Made by a program: the position numbers and the translations under genes. Positions 1-9,557 of a stretch of 64,000 bases of DNA are shown here, one piece after another. Numbering within the stretch: position 1 is the stretch's first letter; each line of letters begins with the position of its first letter. Below the pieces are notes generated by a model. The model worked only from the letters and a program-made list of their open reading frames with translations. It made no database searches and was not told the DNA's origin. The stretch lies in IMG/VR virus record IMGVR_UViG_3300042558_004148, positions 309,486 to 373,485 of that record. The stretch is one strand, 5' to 3'.

Positions 1-200
1 GAACAGGTGTTACACCAGGTGGTATTAAAAAGACAGGGACATATCTTCTAAATATTGGTCTTCCTATGATGAAGAGATTCTATAAGCCGGAGGACATAGA
101 GAAAATGAAGATGATAACAAGCGGACAGTTAATAGATGCTGCTAAAGCTAAAGAACTTCTTGCTGGTGGAGCAAAAGGGGGAGAATTATCTCTGGATTAA
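1..200 (+). CDS. 3' end of a hypothetical protein (partial)
   Basis: Open frame from position 3 (TGVTPGG...GELSLD) to TAA at 198-200. Confidence 0.6.
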   Translation, partial: TGVTPGGIKKTGTYLLNIGLPMMKRFYKPEDIEKMKMITSGQLIDAAKAKELLAGGAKGGELSLD

Positions 201-231
201 GAATATATAGATTATAAAAATATAAAAAAAT

Positions 232-1092
232 ATGAACAATAAACACATTAAATTATTCGAAGCTTATGTCTCTGAAACTAGCGACATTATAAATGAAGCT
301 TATGATGATATGATGGCTAACCATGCTGATGGTGATTTTAATATCGATGAAGACACTATGACTTATGACTTATCAGAAGATGACGAGGATATGGATTGGC
401 TGGATGACGAAGAATTAGGAAGTGGAGAAAAAGCAGCACTTGCTAGGGATTTTCAAATTCTAACTAAACCACAATTAGCAGCACTTTACCTAAGGGCATT
501 AGGAAAAGCTCAGGAAAATGATCCAGGTAAATATTTGGTAATGGTTGATGGTATCGATCAGTTCGGTGAATATGATGATGACAGCAGAGCATTTAAAGTT
601 AGTACTGCAGCTCTTGGTGATGCCATTGGACTTGATTCAATCAGAACAGTTGGACGTACAGTTAACAAATTTGTTAATCTAATTAATGGTACTGGTGAAA
701 CTTCTTCTGAGACAATCTACCCTAAATTACTTAGAGCATACGAATTTTTCCAAAATAAACCGGTTTCTCAAGTAGCTAATTTGGCATCTGAAGCAGTTCA
801 GGATCCTACAGTTTCTACTAAACACAGAGAGGAAGCTATTGCAGCAGGACCTAGAGCAGCAGCTCAAAGAGCAGCTCAAAAGAAAATGCAATTGGAAGTT
901 GGATCTAAAGTTTTTGCTCTTATTAATTCACTAAGAAGAAACGAAATCTTCAGAGACATCACTAAAGCTCATAGAGCGGCAGTTAATAAGATGGCAGCTG
1001 AAACTGGATTAACAGCAGAGAGAATTAATCTTGCTTATAGAACATTCTTAACAGATAAAGGAATTATGTCAGGTGCTAATTACGCTATGTAA
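232..1092 (+). CDS. hypothetical protein, putative head-packaged (N-term KHIKLFEAY)
   Basis: 286-aa ORF with acidic N-region; GAATATATA motif at 201-209 upstream. Confidence 0.75.
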   Translation: MNNKHIKLFEAYVSETSDIINEAYDDMMANHADGDFNIDEDTMTYDLSEDDEDMDWLDDEELGSGEKAALARDFQILTKPQLAALYLRALGKAQENDPGKYLVMVDGIDQFGEYDDDSRAFKVSTAALGDAIGLDSIRTVGRTVNKFVNLINGTGETSSETIYPKLLRAYEFFQNKPVSQVANLASEAVQDPTVSTKHREEAIAAGPRAAAQRAAQKKMQLEVGSKVFALINSLRRNEIFRDITKAHRAAVNKMAAETGLTAERINLAYRTFLTDKGIMSGANYAM

Positions 1093-1556
1093 TTATGCAA
1101 TAGTATATAAAAGATTATAAAAGAGGCCATCGTATTTAATATAGAAATTCGATGGCTTTTTAGTGTTTCCTTAATACCTGGAGGAGAAACCTGATAAACA
1201 GCATCAGAAAAAATATATTCCCGATCTGCTTCAGTTACATATACAGGATCGTCCGGAAATTCTTTGCTTTTTCCATTTACTGCGAAATCATCAGTAAGTA
1301 ATATCTCGTCAACAAGACAGACATCCAATAACTTGATCCTCGTTGATCTCACTGAATAATATTCAAACAATAAAACTAATAATAGGATAGTAAATAATAC
1401 AATAGCTCCAGTTACAACAGATAGAAGCAGAGTCATAAATAATGAAGATATTATTAATACTGTTGGATTTATCTTAGGGAACTTAAGTATGTTGAATAAT
1501 CTCCCCATCGAGACTGAGTCAAGTTTACTATTATAATAAGATATAGAATTTGTCAT
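1080..1556 (-). CDS. hypothetical membrane protein
   Basis: Hydrophobic stretch at about aa 33-66 plus a C-terminal hydrophobic segment. Confidence 0.55.
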   Translation of the reverse strand: MTNSISYYNSKLDSVSMGRLFNILKFPKINPTVLIISSLFMTLLLSVVTGAIVLFTILLLVLLFEYYSVRSTRIKLLDVCLVDEILLTDDFAVNGKSKEFPDDPVYVTEADREYIFSDAVYQVSPPGIKETLKSHRISILNTMASFIIFYILLHNYIA

Positions 1557-1608
1557 ATTTATATTTTTTATAAAAATAGTGATAATATTCGGTTTAAAAA
1601 AATATTAA

Positions 1609-2505
1609 TTAAAATATGTCGTGTTCCTTTATGGATAATCTTCTTGCCTGTATTTTTAATTTTCTCATTGCCTTCTGGTATTTGACTCTTATATTCTCAC
1701 CCGACATGGAATAAATTTTACCCATATCAGGGAATGAATGTGGATCACCATCATATTCACCAACACCATGTCTTCTAAAAACTATATCCTTCTCTGTTGG
1801 TGTTAACTTGTCAACGAGGTCATTTAGAATTCTATTAAAATCGTTCTGTAAAACAGAGTCATCCGAGCTTTTTTCTCCTGATTCTATTATATCCAATAAC
1901 GTCATTGAATCTGATTCTGATGATATTGGATTACTAAAAGAACTTGGTCTATAGTCCGCAACAGTAGCTGAAAATAGAGCATCTCTTCTTAATGACTTGT
2001 ATTTTTCTTTCTTCTCTTTTATCGAAGCAAAAGCTTCATCGAAGGTTGCATCTCTACCCTCCCGCATAGATATTTCATTAGAAGCTTCCCTCATTGCTCT
2101 TAAAACACCAATCTGATTCATTGGTAATCTAACTAATTTTTTAGATTCGCTCATGTGTGCTAGCATTTCTTTTCTGATATGCCATACAGCAAAAGAGATG
2201 AATTTGAATCCTCTAGTGGGATCGAATTTTCCGGAGGCTTCCACTAAACCTATGTTTCCTGCCGCAACTAGATCTGCATAATCTTCTGGACTGCTCGAAT
2301 ACATCTTAGCAACGGATAGCACAAATCTTAAATTAGCCTTAACCAATGTATCCCTTGCTTCCTGATCTCCTTCAGCAGCTAGATAAGCAATCTCAGCTTC
2401 TTTATCTGGACTCATCATCTTGTGTTGCTCAACTTCGTTGAAATAATCACCGGATGACCTGGTTAGTCTCGGTGTGAATTTTTCTGAAATTTTAAATTGT
2501 CTCAT
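1609..2505 (-). CDS. RNA polymerase sigma70 factor, Bacteroidota SigA-like (no region 1.1)
   Basis: LVKANLRFVLSVAKMY, GNIGLVEASGKFDPTRGFKFISFAVW, and a region-4 HTH-like C-terminus. Confidence 0.93.
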   Translation of the reverse strand: MRQFKISEKFTPRLTRSSGDYFNEVEQHKMMSPDKEAEIAYLAAEGDQEARDTLVKANLRFVLSVAKMYSSSPEDYADLVAAGNIGLVEASGKFDPTRGFKFISFAVWHIRKEMLAHMSESKKLVRLPMNQIGVLRAMREASNEISMREGRDATFDEAFASIKEKKEKYKSLRRDALFSATVADYRPSSFSNPISSESDSMTLLDIIESGEKSSDDSVLQNDFNRILNDLVDKLTPTEKDIVFRRHGVGEYDGDPHSFPDMGKIYSMSGENIRVKYQKAMRKLKIQARRLSIKEHDIF

Positions 2506-2540
2506 ATTGAATTTTTAATACTTCTTCATTAATTTTTGAG

Positions 2541-2572
2541 CAAAGGTAACCACCTAATACGGATAAAAAAAA
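2541..2572 (-). promoter_or_regulatory. class-1 promoter (T-tract-CCG-N11-TACCTTTG) upstream of the sigma gene
   Basis: Reverse strand reads TTTTTTTATCCG-11nt-TACCTTTG. Confidence 0.75.
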
Positions 2573-2633
2573 TAATTTCATAATATTTTCGATATATAAT
2601 TAAATCGCGTATAAACAATAATATAATATACCA

Positions 2634-3218
2634 ATGAAATACATCACCACATACGAATCAATGTCTTATACACAAAGAAATCAATCAATAAGTGAGGGTT
2701 TATCATATCACATAGATAAAAATATACCACTTATGGAAAGTGTATATAGAATAGAATCTGAATCTTGGTTATCTATAATTAATGAGGCTAGGATTCTATG
2801 GGAGAACAACGTCATTGATCTATGTGAGGATGATCTATTCCTAATCAGTACAGATGCTGGCAGTAAAGGTGTATATGAAAACGAAACAGTATTGCTAGAT
2901 GTACCATTCTATGTTGATCATGAATTATACGAGGCAGAATATAGGGGCAGAGATGTTGATCTGAATAAACCATTCAGAACTCCTGGAGGTCCTAGAAAAT
3001 TCGCAGTGTATACAAAGAATGAATCAGGAAATGTAATAAAGCTTGGATTTGGTCAGCCTGGTATGAGGGTTAATAATAACGATCCAGCTAAATCAAGATC
3101 ATTTCAAAAAAGAATGAGGTGTGATAATCCTGGACCTAGATGGAAAGCTAGATGGTGGTCATGTAATGTTGCAAGGTATAGAAAATTACTTGGTATTAAA
3201 TCTAGCAGACCATGGTAA
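2634..3218 (+). CDS. conserved phage protein (LNKPFRTPGGPRKFAVY...KLGFGQPG...WWSC), putative virion protein
   Basis: 194-aa ORF; N-term MKYITTYES; GATATATA at 2591-2598. Confidence 0.7.
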   Translation: MKYITTYESMSYTQRNQSISEGLSYHIDKNIPLMESVYRIESESWLSIINEARILWENNVIDLCEDDLFLISTDAGSKGVYENETVLLDVPFYVDHELYEAEYRGRDVDLNKPFRTPGGPRKFAVYTKNESGNVIKLGFGQPGMRVNNNDPAKSRSFQKRMRCDNPGPRWKARWWSCNVARYRKLLGIKSSRPW

Positions 3219-3496
3219 AATCACCATTTATGGAATCAGTGGTTTCCAAGGGATCTATAGAAACCGTTGTTAGAAAATTTGATAGCAATATAGACCCAAA
3301 TGAACTCAAGTGGCACTGGGATAATGAGGATAGAATAGTTTATCCTATCGGTGAAAGTGATTGGATGTTTCAGTTCGATAATGAATTACCGATTAATATT
3401 AGAGCTAAAATAAAAATACCAAAAGGTACTTGGCATAGAATAATAAAAGGAACCAGTGATCTTCAGATAATAGTTGAGAAGATTAAGGATATATAA
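3212..3496 (+). CDS. cupin-like small protein
   Basis: KWHWDNEDR and IPKGTWHRIIKG resemble the two cupin motifs. Confidence 0.55.
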   Translation: MVKSPFMESVVSKGSIETVVRKFDSNIDPNELKWHWDNEDRIVYPIGESDWMFQFDNELPINIRAKIKIPKGTWHRIIKGTSDLQIIVEKIKDI

Positions 3497-3512
3497 TAAA
3501 AAAATAATAGAT

Positions 3513-3809
3513 ATGGATAATATTAAGGGTTATGAATCATTCAGATCCAGTGAATCTGATATAAACGAGAGCTTCTGGAATAGTATTTTTGGTAAGCCAA
3601 CAATAAAGGCTGCAACGAGAGATGCTCTAAAAACACAGGAATTTAGTGTTAGAGGAGAGGGTGAAAGATCCGAGGACAATTATATAGTTTTCAACGGAAA
3701 GAAGTTTTACCCAGATCAAATACAATATGACGATTATCACTCAACAAAGGAACTACCAAGAGTGGAAGGTAACTTACTTATAATTGCAAATCCCGCTTGG
3801 AGTCTCTAA
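3513..3809 (+). CDS. hypothetical protein (probable start MDNIKGYESF)
   Basis: ATG at 3513 follows GATATATA at 3488-3495 and fits the shared N-terminal motif. Confidence 0.65.
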   Translation: MDNIKGYESFRSSESDINESFWNSIFGKPTIKAATRDALKTQEFSVRGEGERSEDNYIVFNGKKFYPDQIQYDDYHSTKELPRVEGNLLIIANPAWSL

Positions 3810-3840
3810 TTTAATCATATAACATAAATAACAAATAACA

Positions 3841-4044
3841 ATGGAACACTTAAAGGAATACAACGAATATCTTCTTGAAAAGAAAGGAATCAGCCCAGCA
3901 ATATACAAAGAACTTGAAATGTTTTTTGGATCTGTTAAAAGCCCTTCATATAAGGATGCTAAATTATTTATAGCTAAAACTAATGATGGTTGGGAACTTT
4001 CGGAAGAGGATTATAAAGAGGCTAAATCTAAATTTAAAGGATAA
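3841..4044 (+). CDS. small hypothetical protein (MEHLKEYNEYLLE)
   Basis: ORF with A-rich initiation region. Confidence 0.65.
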   Translation: MEHLKEYNEYLLEKKGISPAIYKELEMFFGSVKSPSYKDAKLFIAKTNDGWELSEEDYKEAKSKFKG

Positions 4045-4047
4045 AAT

Positions 4048-4629
4048 ATGAAATTTGTAAAATTATACGAAGATTTCGATCTGGATGATTTTATGAAAAA
4101 TCCTGGTACATATTTTCATTCCGACGATTCAAAGGAAGTCGAGGATGGCGATTATATAACTTCATATAGAGGTATAGGTCAGGTTCTTGGTAAGGAGGGT
4201 GATTTTTTAAGGATACAGCTTATGGATGGTCCTAGAAATGTGGTAAGGGTTCCTTATGATATGGTAAGAAAAATAAAAAAATCAGAAGCTGAGGAGGCTG
4301 CTAATTCACTACCAAAAACGAAGGATGAATTGAAGCTTATGAATAGCGAACTTTCTAAATATACTGAAACTGTAGTAACCACTGACGATAATGATAATGA
4401 GGTACTATCTGGAAATATAACATCATCCATAGAATATCTTGAAGCAATACTGATTGATGTCATTTCATTATCGAAGAAAGACGCATATACAACATTCTAT
4501 CCAGAGTATTCGCTTCTGGTATCAAATGTTGCAGAACTAGCACAGCTTATACTACAAACTACAAACGACGAAACAAAACAAAATTCGGTTGATGTTATTC
4601 TGGATAAATTCTATGAAATCTCCAATTAA
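4048..4629 (+). CDS. hypothetical protein (MKFVKLYEDF), possible SH3/KOW-like segment
   Basis: Operonic ORF; GDYITSYRGIGQVLGKEGDFLRIQL is a KOW-like pattern. Confidence 0.65.
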   Translation: MKFVKLYEDFDLDDFMKNPGTYFHSDDSKEVEDGDYITSYRGIGQVLGKEGDFLRIQLMDGPRNVVRVPYDMVRKIKKSEAEEAANSLPKTKDELKLMNSELSKYTETVVTTDDNDNEVLSGNITSSIEYLEAILIDVISLSKKDAYTTFYPEYSLLVSNVAELAQLILQTTNDETKQNSVDVILDKFYEISN

Positions 4630-4641
4630 TTAAAATTAAAT

Positions 4642-4881
4642 ATGTCAAGAACATTTTACTCTAGATACGTCAAGGGTGATAATACAATTATTGAGGTATC
4701 TTCCTCCGATACTCAATATATTGAATCTTTAAAAAATTTTACAGATTCGTACAACAGGGAAAAAATCAGGACAGAAATTGTTAACGAGGGTAGAATTAAA
4801 TCAATCCAAATTATTTTAGATAATGAAACATGTGTGGATGCTGAATCTATCATTCACGAAATAATGGAATATGTCCCATGA
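4642..4881 (+). CDS. hypothetical protein
   Basis: 79-aa operonic ORF. Confidence 0.55.
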   Translation: MSRTFYSRYVKGDNTIIEVSSSDTQYIESLKNFTDSYNREKIRTEIVNEGRIKSIQIILDNETCVDAESIIHEIMEYVP

Positions 4882-5039
4882 AAAAAATATCTATTGATAG
4901 TCTAAGAAAAATTAATCTGGATCATCTCATATTTTTAGCATTTGCTGGGCCAGAAGCTTTGGATGGCTATATACACATTAGAAACATAGCTAAAGAAAAA
5001 GCTAAAAAAATAATACTAACAAAAAAGCCGATTAAATAA
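4878..5039 (+). CDS. 53-aa hypothetical protein not in the ORF track (MKKISIDSLRK...KKPIK)
   Basis: ATGA overlap with the previous stop; ends TAA at 5037-5039. Confidence 0.5.
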   Translation: MKKISIDSLRKINLDHLIFLAFAGPEALDGYIHIRNIAKEKAKKIILTKKPIK

Positions 5040-5057
5040 TTTAATCGGCTTTTTCTT
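5022..5057. terminator. bidirectional intrinsic terminator
   Basis: AAAAAAGCCGATTAAAT-A-ATTTAATCGGCTTTTTT between convergent genes. Confidence 0.85.
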
Positions 5058-5073
5058 TTATGTGAAATTTAAT

Positions 5074-6468
5074 TTATGCTAATTCGATGTCCCATACAAG
5101 ATCTTCAAATATAAAATGTGAATCCTCGAATGAATTACATGTTGATTCCCAAACTGCTTTACCTGTATTGTACATCTGAGTAAAGAAATCTGTAGTTGCT
5201 TTAGCAGCTTCGTCATATGCGCTACTAAGTGCTTTACCTGCATCTGATAGCATTTTCTTACCTCCATTGTAAGCATTGGTAGTAAATTTAACTGATGCAT
5301 CCCAACCAGCTTTAATAGTTTTGGCGAAATCTGCTGCTCCGTCCTTAACATTCTTACCAATCCAAGCCATTCCTCCAGCAATCACTGCTGCTCCGTCCTT
5401 AGCTCCCTGAACTATTGTTTTTAATGCTGGTGACAAGAAAGTAGCTACTGATTTAAAAGCACTAACTGCTAGACCAGTAAGAACATATCCCAATGTTTTA
5501 GCTCCTGCTTTAATACCATCGAAAAAGGCTGTTGCCCCTTGTACTGTTGATTTAAGTGCCTTAGCTGAATCCTGAGCAAATTTGGTGAAGAATGCATTAG
5601 CTTTATCTGAAACCTTTTTATAGATGGCTGCACCTTTTATAGAAGCCCAATTCGCGATAGAAGCTAATCCTTGAATAGCTGCACCTGCCGTGTACATAAC
5701 ACCATCTGCAAGGAATTTAGAAGCAGATGCTACAGCAGATAAAATAGCCATTGCACCATCCAAAGCCATAACAACAGCTCCAGTTACAGTATAAACTATA
5801 GCCTTACCAACTGCAGTTGCTGCATTTTTAATAAATGCTAAGTTAGCATCCAATAGTGTTGTACCCTCTAGTGCTTTTACTTGTGTGGCTGCATCTTTTT
5901 TAGGTATACATATAACTAATGTTTTGCTACCGTATTTAACAACCGTTATAGATTGATAGATTTTAAGAAGAATTGGGTTAATCCCAGCTTTTTTAGCATC
6001 TTCAGCAGTTTTTACATTGTATCTTTTCACTATATCAGCATCTTGCTTAGCAGTATCCTTTATTGATTTAGATAATTCTAATAATTTTCTAAGCGTTTGA
6101 ACTCCAACAATACCATCAACGGTAAGTTTGTTAGTTTTCTGGAATTCCTTAACCTTAGCTTCAGTAGCTGAACCGAATGCTCCATCAGCCTCTTTAGCGC
6201 TCATTCCTAGGTCCTTTTGTAATTCAGTAACCCTCTTACTCTTCTCGCCTTTTTTTAGAGGTTTGAATTCACTTGGTGTTGGTCCAGCCTCATCAACAGG
6301 CTTTTCTTCGGTTGGTGCTAATAGGTCTGCAATTTTTTCCGCATCAGCAGCGGGAGCAAATGGATCGAATAATAAAGGATCCTCTGCTTTTACTTCTGAT
6401 TCGTTAATAAATCCATATGATTCATATAGGTGCTCGAAATCAGAAAATGATAATAATTTGTTTTCCAT
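5074..6468 (-). CDS. peptidoglycan-binding-domain protein with Ala-rich helical C-terminus
   Basis: LKKGEKSKRVTELQKDLG...DGAFGSATEAKVKEFQK...VDGIVGVQT (PG_binding_1 pattern); GATATATA on the minus strand at 6495-6502. Confidence 0.8.
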   Translation of the reverse strand: MENKLLSFSDFEHLYESYGFINESEVKAEDPLLFDPFAPAADAEKIADLLAPTEEKPVDEAGPTPSEFKPLKKGEKSKRVTELQKDLGMSAKEADGAFGSATEAKVKEFQKTNKLTVDGIVGVQTLRKLLELSKSIKDTAKQDADIVKRYNVKTAEDAKKAGINPILLKIYQSITVVKYGSKTLVICIPKKDAATQVKALEGTTLLDANLAFIKNAATAVGKAIVYTVTGAVVMALDGAMAILSAVASASKFLADGVMYTAGAAIQGLASIANWASIKGAAIYKKVSDKANAFFTKFAQDSAKALKSTVQGATAFFDGIKAGAKTLGYVLTGLAVSAFKSVATFLSPALKTIVQGAKDGAAVIAGGMAWIGKNVKDGAADFAKTIKAGWDASVKFTTNAYNGGKKMLSDAGKALSSAYDEAAKATTDFFTQMYNTGKAVWESTCNSFEDSHFIFEDLVWDIELA

Positions 6469-6520
6469 GTCTAAATTTATTTTTTACTATAAACTATATA
6501 TCAAAAATAAATTACAAATA

Positions 6521-6553
6521 TTTTTTTTATACCGGGAAGGTTTAATATATTTG
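6521..6553 (+). promoter_or_regulatory. class-1 promoter
   Basis: TTTTTTTTATACCG-11nt-TATATTTG. Confidence 0.7.
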
Positions 6554-6557
6554 CAAT

Positions 6558-7232
6558 ATGAAAAAACAAATATTATTACTTGTCGTGTTTTTATCTTGTA
6601 CATTATTATATGCACAGAATAGAACTTTCAGCTCCTCTGATGTTGATATAGCTACAATAGGATTTTCAAATGATCTGTCCGTGTATACTTCATATGGATC
6701 TAATGAAATTCATCGCGAACATTTTTTAGATAGTGTTGCTAAGGTTAGGGTTAATTATTTTTCCAGTGTCCTTATAGAAACTGGCAGAAGATTTTCATTA
6801 TGTAGTTTAGTTGAAAATATACCGGCAAATAATTATGGGCATTCTAGATATTTCGGAAACGATAAACTATTTAAAGAACCAGCTGGTTGCAGATATCCTA
6901 ATCCTTTACCTTTAATAGAAAACGCGAATACAAAGGTAACCGCAGAAATTATGCAGCAAACATCATGGACAAAATCAAGCGAATATAAATATACAGATGC
7001 GCAACTTATAAAGATGTCGTTGCTTGCTATCGGTAATAAATTCGGTAAAGATTTTATTTTGGATGGTTATAAGGAATCATCTTCCCATAGGAATGCAATA
7101 AAGAAATATGCAAAAGGTGCATATGGTTCTTATACGAAAGCTATAATCTCAAGAAAAAGAAATGAATTAGAAAATGTTTGGATTTATGAGGTAGTTATCT
7201 ATAATCTAACTGTTTTTTCCAAACCCGCTTAA
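6558..7232 (+). CDS. exported hypothetical protein
   Basis: Signal peptide MKKQILLLVVFLSCTLLYAQ. Confidence 0.7.
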   Translation: MKKQILLLVVFLSCTLLYAQNRTFSSSDVDIATIGFSNDLSVYTSYGSNEIHREHFLDSVAKVRVNYFSSVLIETGRRFSLCSLVENIPANNYGHSRYFGNDKLFKEPAGCRYPNPLPLIENANTKVTAEIMQQTSWTKSSEYKYTDAQLIKMSLLAIGNKFGKDFILDGYKESSSHRNAIKKYAKGAYGSYTKAIISRKRNELENVWIYEVVIYNLTVFSKPA

Positions 7233-7730
7233 TTATCTTAGCGTAAGTAGATATCTAGTTTGATCAACCAATGCTACAATTTCATCTAATATATTAAATA
7301 TTTCGCTATCTGAATTCTCGTCTAATAATGCTCTACAATCAATAGCATAGCATTTATGCATAACATCCATAAATTTTTTAAGATCACATTTTTCAGGATC
7401 ATTAAAATTCATTATTTTAATGCTAAGATTATCGTCAGATAAAACTGGCTTACCATACTTACCCATTATAACTTCAGCAAGACTGTCGCTGAGATCAAGG
7501 AATTTTCCAAATAACTTATCTAATGCCTTGTGCTGTCCGTAAGTATATGCTTGCCAATGTAGCAATTTTATCTGGGCAGTATTTTGCATTATCATCTTAA
7601 ATATATGGCCATATTTATTTGCTTCCTCAGATGAAACGTTATCTTCTGGCTTCTTATTAGCAACCATATCCATATTTGCTGGATTCTTAATCACGTCTCC
7701 AAATGCGCTAAGGTTTAAAATTCCGTCCAT
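7233..7730 (-). CDS. ferritin/Dps-like four-helix protein (DUF5856-like)
   Basis: QIKLLHWQ...HKALDKL...DSLAEVIMGKYG; GATATATA at 7751-7758 (-). Confidence 0.7.
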   Translation of the reverse strand: MDGILNLSAFGDVIKNPANMDMVANKKPEDNVSSEEANKYGHIFKMIMQNTAQIKLLHWQAYTYGQHKALDKLFGKFLDLSDSLAEVIMGKYGKPVLSDDNLSIKIMNFNDPEKCDLKKFMDVMHKCYAIDCRALLDENSDSEIFNILDEIVALVDQTRYLLTLR

Positions 7731-7749
7731 TATTTAATGTATATTTTAA

Positions 7750-8163
7750 CTATATATCACCAATTGGATTTATTTTATTTACTATTGATGTTGTTGATAA
7801 ATTGGGGATTTTGGTAAAAAATTCAACATTGCATAAATTTGATCCGGTTATCTTTCTCCCAATATATTCATCGCCTATTATTATCAGATCCACATTTTTT
7901 TCGACCAGCTTATCGCACATTTCAATTTCACTAGAAAAAACGACGACCTCATCAACATATCGTATCGATTCAAGTATAATCTTTCTGTTATTTTGGTTGT
8001 TTATAGGTCTATCCTTACCCTTCAGAATTGATACTCTTTCATCGGAATCTATACCAACAATAAGTAGATCCCCCCTGGATCTTGCATATTTTAGAATCTC
8101 TATATGCCCGGGATGTATTATATCGAAGCATCCGTTGACCCATATTATTTTCTTTTTCTCCAT
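7750..8163 (-). CDS. cytidylyltransferase-family protein (RfaE domain II/TagD-like)
   Basis: NGCFDIIHPGH (HxGH), VGIDSDERV, KGKDRPIN, STTSIV. Confidence 0.88.
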   Translation of the reverse strand: MEKKKIIWVNGCFDIIHPGHIEILKYARSRGDLLIVGIDSDERVSILKGKDRPINNQNNRKIILESIRYVDEVVVFSSEIEMCDKLVEKNVDLIIIGDEYIGRKITGSNLCNVEFFTKIPNLSTTSIVNKINPIGDI

Positions 8164-8213
8164 GCAGGAAACTTTTTATTGTTATAGATCTTATATAGAT
8201 ATATTATTTCACT

Positions 8214-8666
8214 ATGGGATGGCGTAATTTTTCAACGCATAAAGAGATTGAGCTAAAAGAATATTTAGAGGAGTGGTTATTCGAAAATCCGGATCATCTA
8301 ATTTACATTGGCTGTGATTCTCATAATGATATGGCTAATACAAATTTTGCAACTGTCATAGTACTTCATCATTATTCCAAAGGCGGACACGTTTTATATA
8401 ATAAGGAGATAATACCAAGGGTCACTTCAGCACACGAAAGACTATGGAAAGAGGTTGAGTATAGTGTAAATGCTGCTAAAAAATTAATAGAGTGGGGAAT
8501 ACAATCTCCTGAATACATAGACATTGATATGAATCCAGACCCTAAATATCAGTCAAATCAAATGCTTAGAGCTGCGGTTGGATTGGTTGAATCTGAGGGA
8601 ATGAAAGCAAGATATAAAACACTTTCCCCATGGTCAATATCAATAGCTGATGTTATCTGTAGATAA
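8214..8666 (+). CDS. RNase H-like YkuK (DUF458) family protein
   Basis: YIGCDS, RLWKEVEYS, IDIDMN, SIADVI pattern. Confidence 0.75.
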   Translation: MGWRNFSTHKEIELKEYLEEWLFENPDHLIYIGCDSHNDMANTNFATVIVLHHYSKGGHVLYNKEIIPRVTSAHERLWKEVEYSVNAAKKLIEWGIQSPEYIDIDMNPDPKYQSNQMLRAAVGLVESEGMKARYKTLSPWSISIADVICR

Positions 8667-8674
8667 ATACCATT

Positions 8675-9142
8675 ATGGAGGTAGAAAAGGGCATAGTAAC
8701 ATTTAGTTCACAAATAGATAGCGAATATACGGTTTTCATAGTATATGAGGAAAGCGAAAAATATCCAGCATTCAGAGAAATTTTCGAGCTACTTGATGAT
8801 AGTGTTGGATTCCTAGATTTCAAGGGTAAGCTTATTTTCATAGATGGCGAGTGTAAAGATCTAACATTGGACCATATCATAGCAGTACAAGCACATGAGA
8901 TATGTCATTTTATACTCCAGCATAATAATGGTGATTATAGTGAGGATAGAATGGAAATAGAAGCTGATATGGCATCAATAGAAATGCTTAATTGTATGGA
9001 AATGTATATTCCGGCAGATCTTATAAAGGAGAGGCTGCTTGAGAGGTATGGAATATTATACTCAACTGATAGCTTAGATTTTATATTATCTCCAGATAAA
9101 AGACTCATATTCAATGAATATCTAAAAAAAATTAAAAAATAG
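8675..9142 (+). CDS. HExxH zinc metallopeptidase-like protein
   Basis: AHEICHF followed by EIEADMAS. Confidence 0.7.
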   Translation: MEVEKGIVTFSSQIDSEYTVFIVYEESEKYPAFREIFELLDDSVGFLDFKGKLIFIDGECKDLTLDHIIAVQAHEICHFILQHNNGDYSEDRMEIEADMASIEMLNCMEMYIPADLIKERLLERYGILYSTDSLDFILSPDKRLIFNEYLKKIKK

Positions 9143-9151
9143 GATAAATAA

Positions 9152-9183
9152 TTTTTTTATATCGTGAAATATTATTATCTTTA
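9152..9183 (+). promoter_or_regulatory. class-1 promoter for the first tRNA cluster
   Basis: TTTTTTTATATCG-11nt-TATCTTTA. Confidence 0.65.
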
Positions 9184-9215
9184 CGTCATACAAATAAGAC
9201 ACAATGAAAACTAAA

Positions 9216-9289
9216 GGCCCCGTAGCTCAGCTGGATAGAGCAATTCACTTCTAATGAATAGGTCACACGTTCGAATCGTGTCGGGGTCA
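9216..9289 (+). tRNA. tRNA-Arg(TCT)
   Basis: Cloverleaf; anticodon arm ATTCA-CTTCTAA-TGAAT. Confidence 0.95.
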
Positions 9290-9297
9290 CAAAAAAT

Positions 9298-9379
9298 GCT
9301 CCTTTGGTGGAATTGGTAGACACGCTAGACTTAGGATCTAGTGCCGAGAGGTGTGAGAGTTCGAGTCTCTCAGGGAGTA
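9298..9379 (+). tRNA. tRNA-Leu(TAG)
   Basis: CTAGA-CTTAGGA-TCTAG; long variable arm. Confidence 0.95.
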
Positions 9380-9433
9380 CAACGGCTTTGATGGAGAGCC
9401 AAAAGTAGGTGATGAACCTACGTCCATCAAAAA

Positions 9434-9507
9434 GGTCTTGTAGCTCAGTTGGTTAGAGCACCGCACTCATAATGCGTAGGTCCCTGGTTCGAGTCCAGGC
9501 TGGACCA
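9434..9507 (+). tRNA. tRNA with CAT anticodon, probably Ile2 (lysidine)
   Basis: CCGCA-CTCATAA-TGCGT; lacks initiator features; Ile2 versus Met is inference. Confidence 0.85.
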
Positions 9508-9510
9508 CTA

Positions 9511-9540
9511 AATCCCGCCCAATAAGGGTGGGATTTTTTA
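9511..9540 (+). terminator. intrinsic terminator
   Basis: AATCCCGCCC-AATAA-GGGTGGGATT followed by a T run. Confidence 0.8.
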
Positions 9541-9557
9541 TTAAAAATAATTTTAAT

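Noticed and set aside
6128-8227. Antisense ORFs 6128..6622 and 7802..8227
   Set aside because: They overlap well-supported genes on the opposite strand
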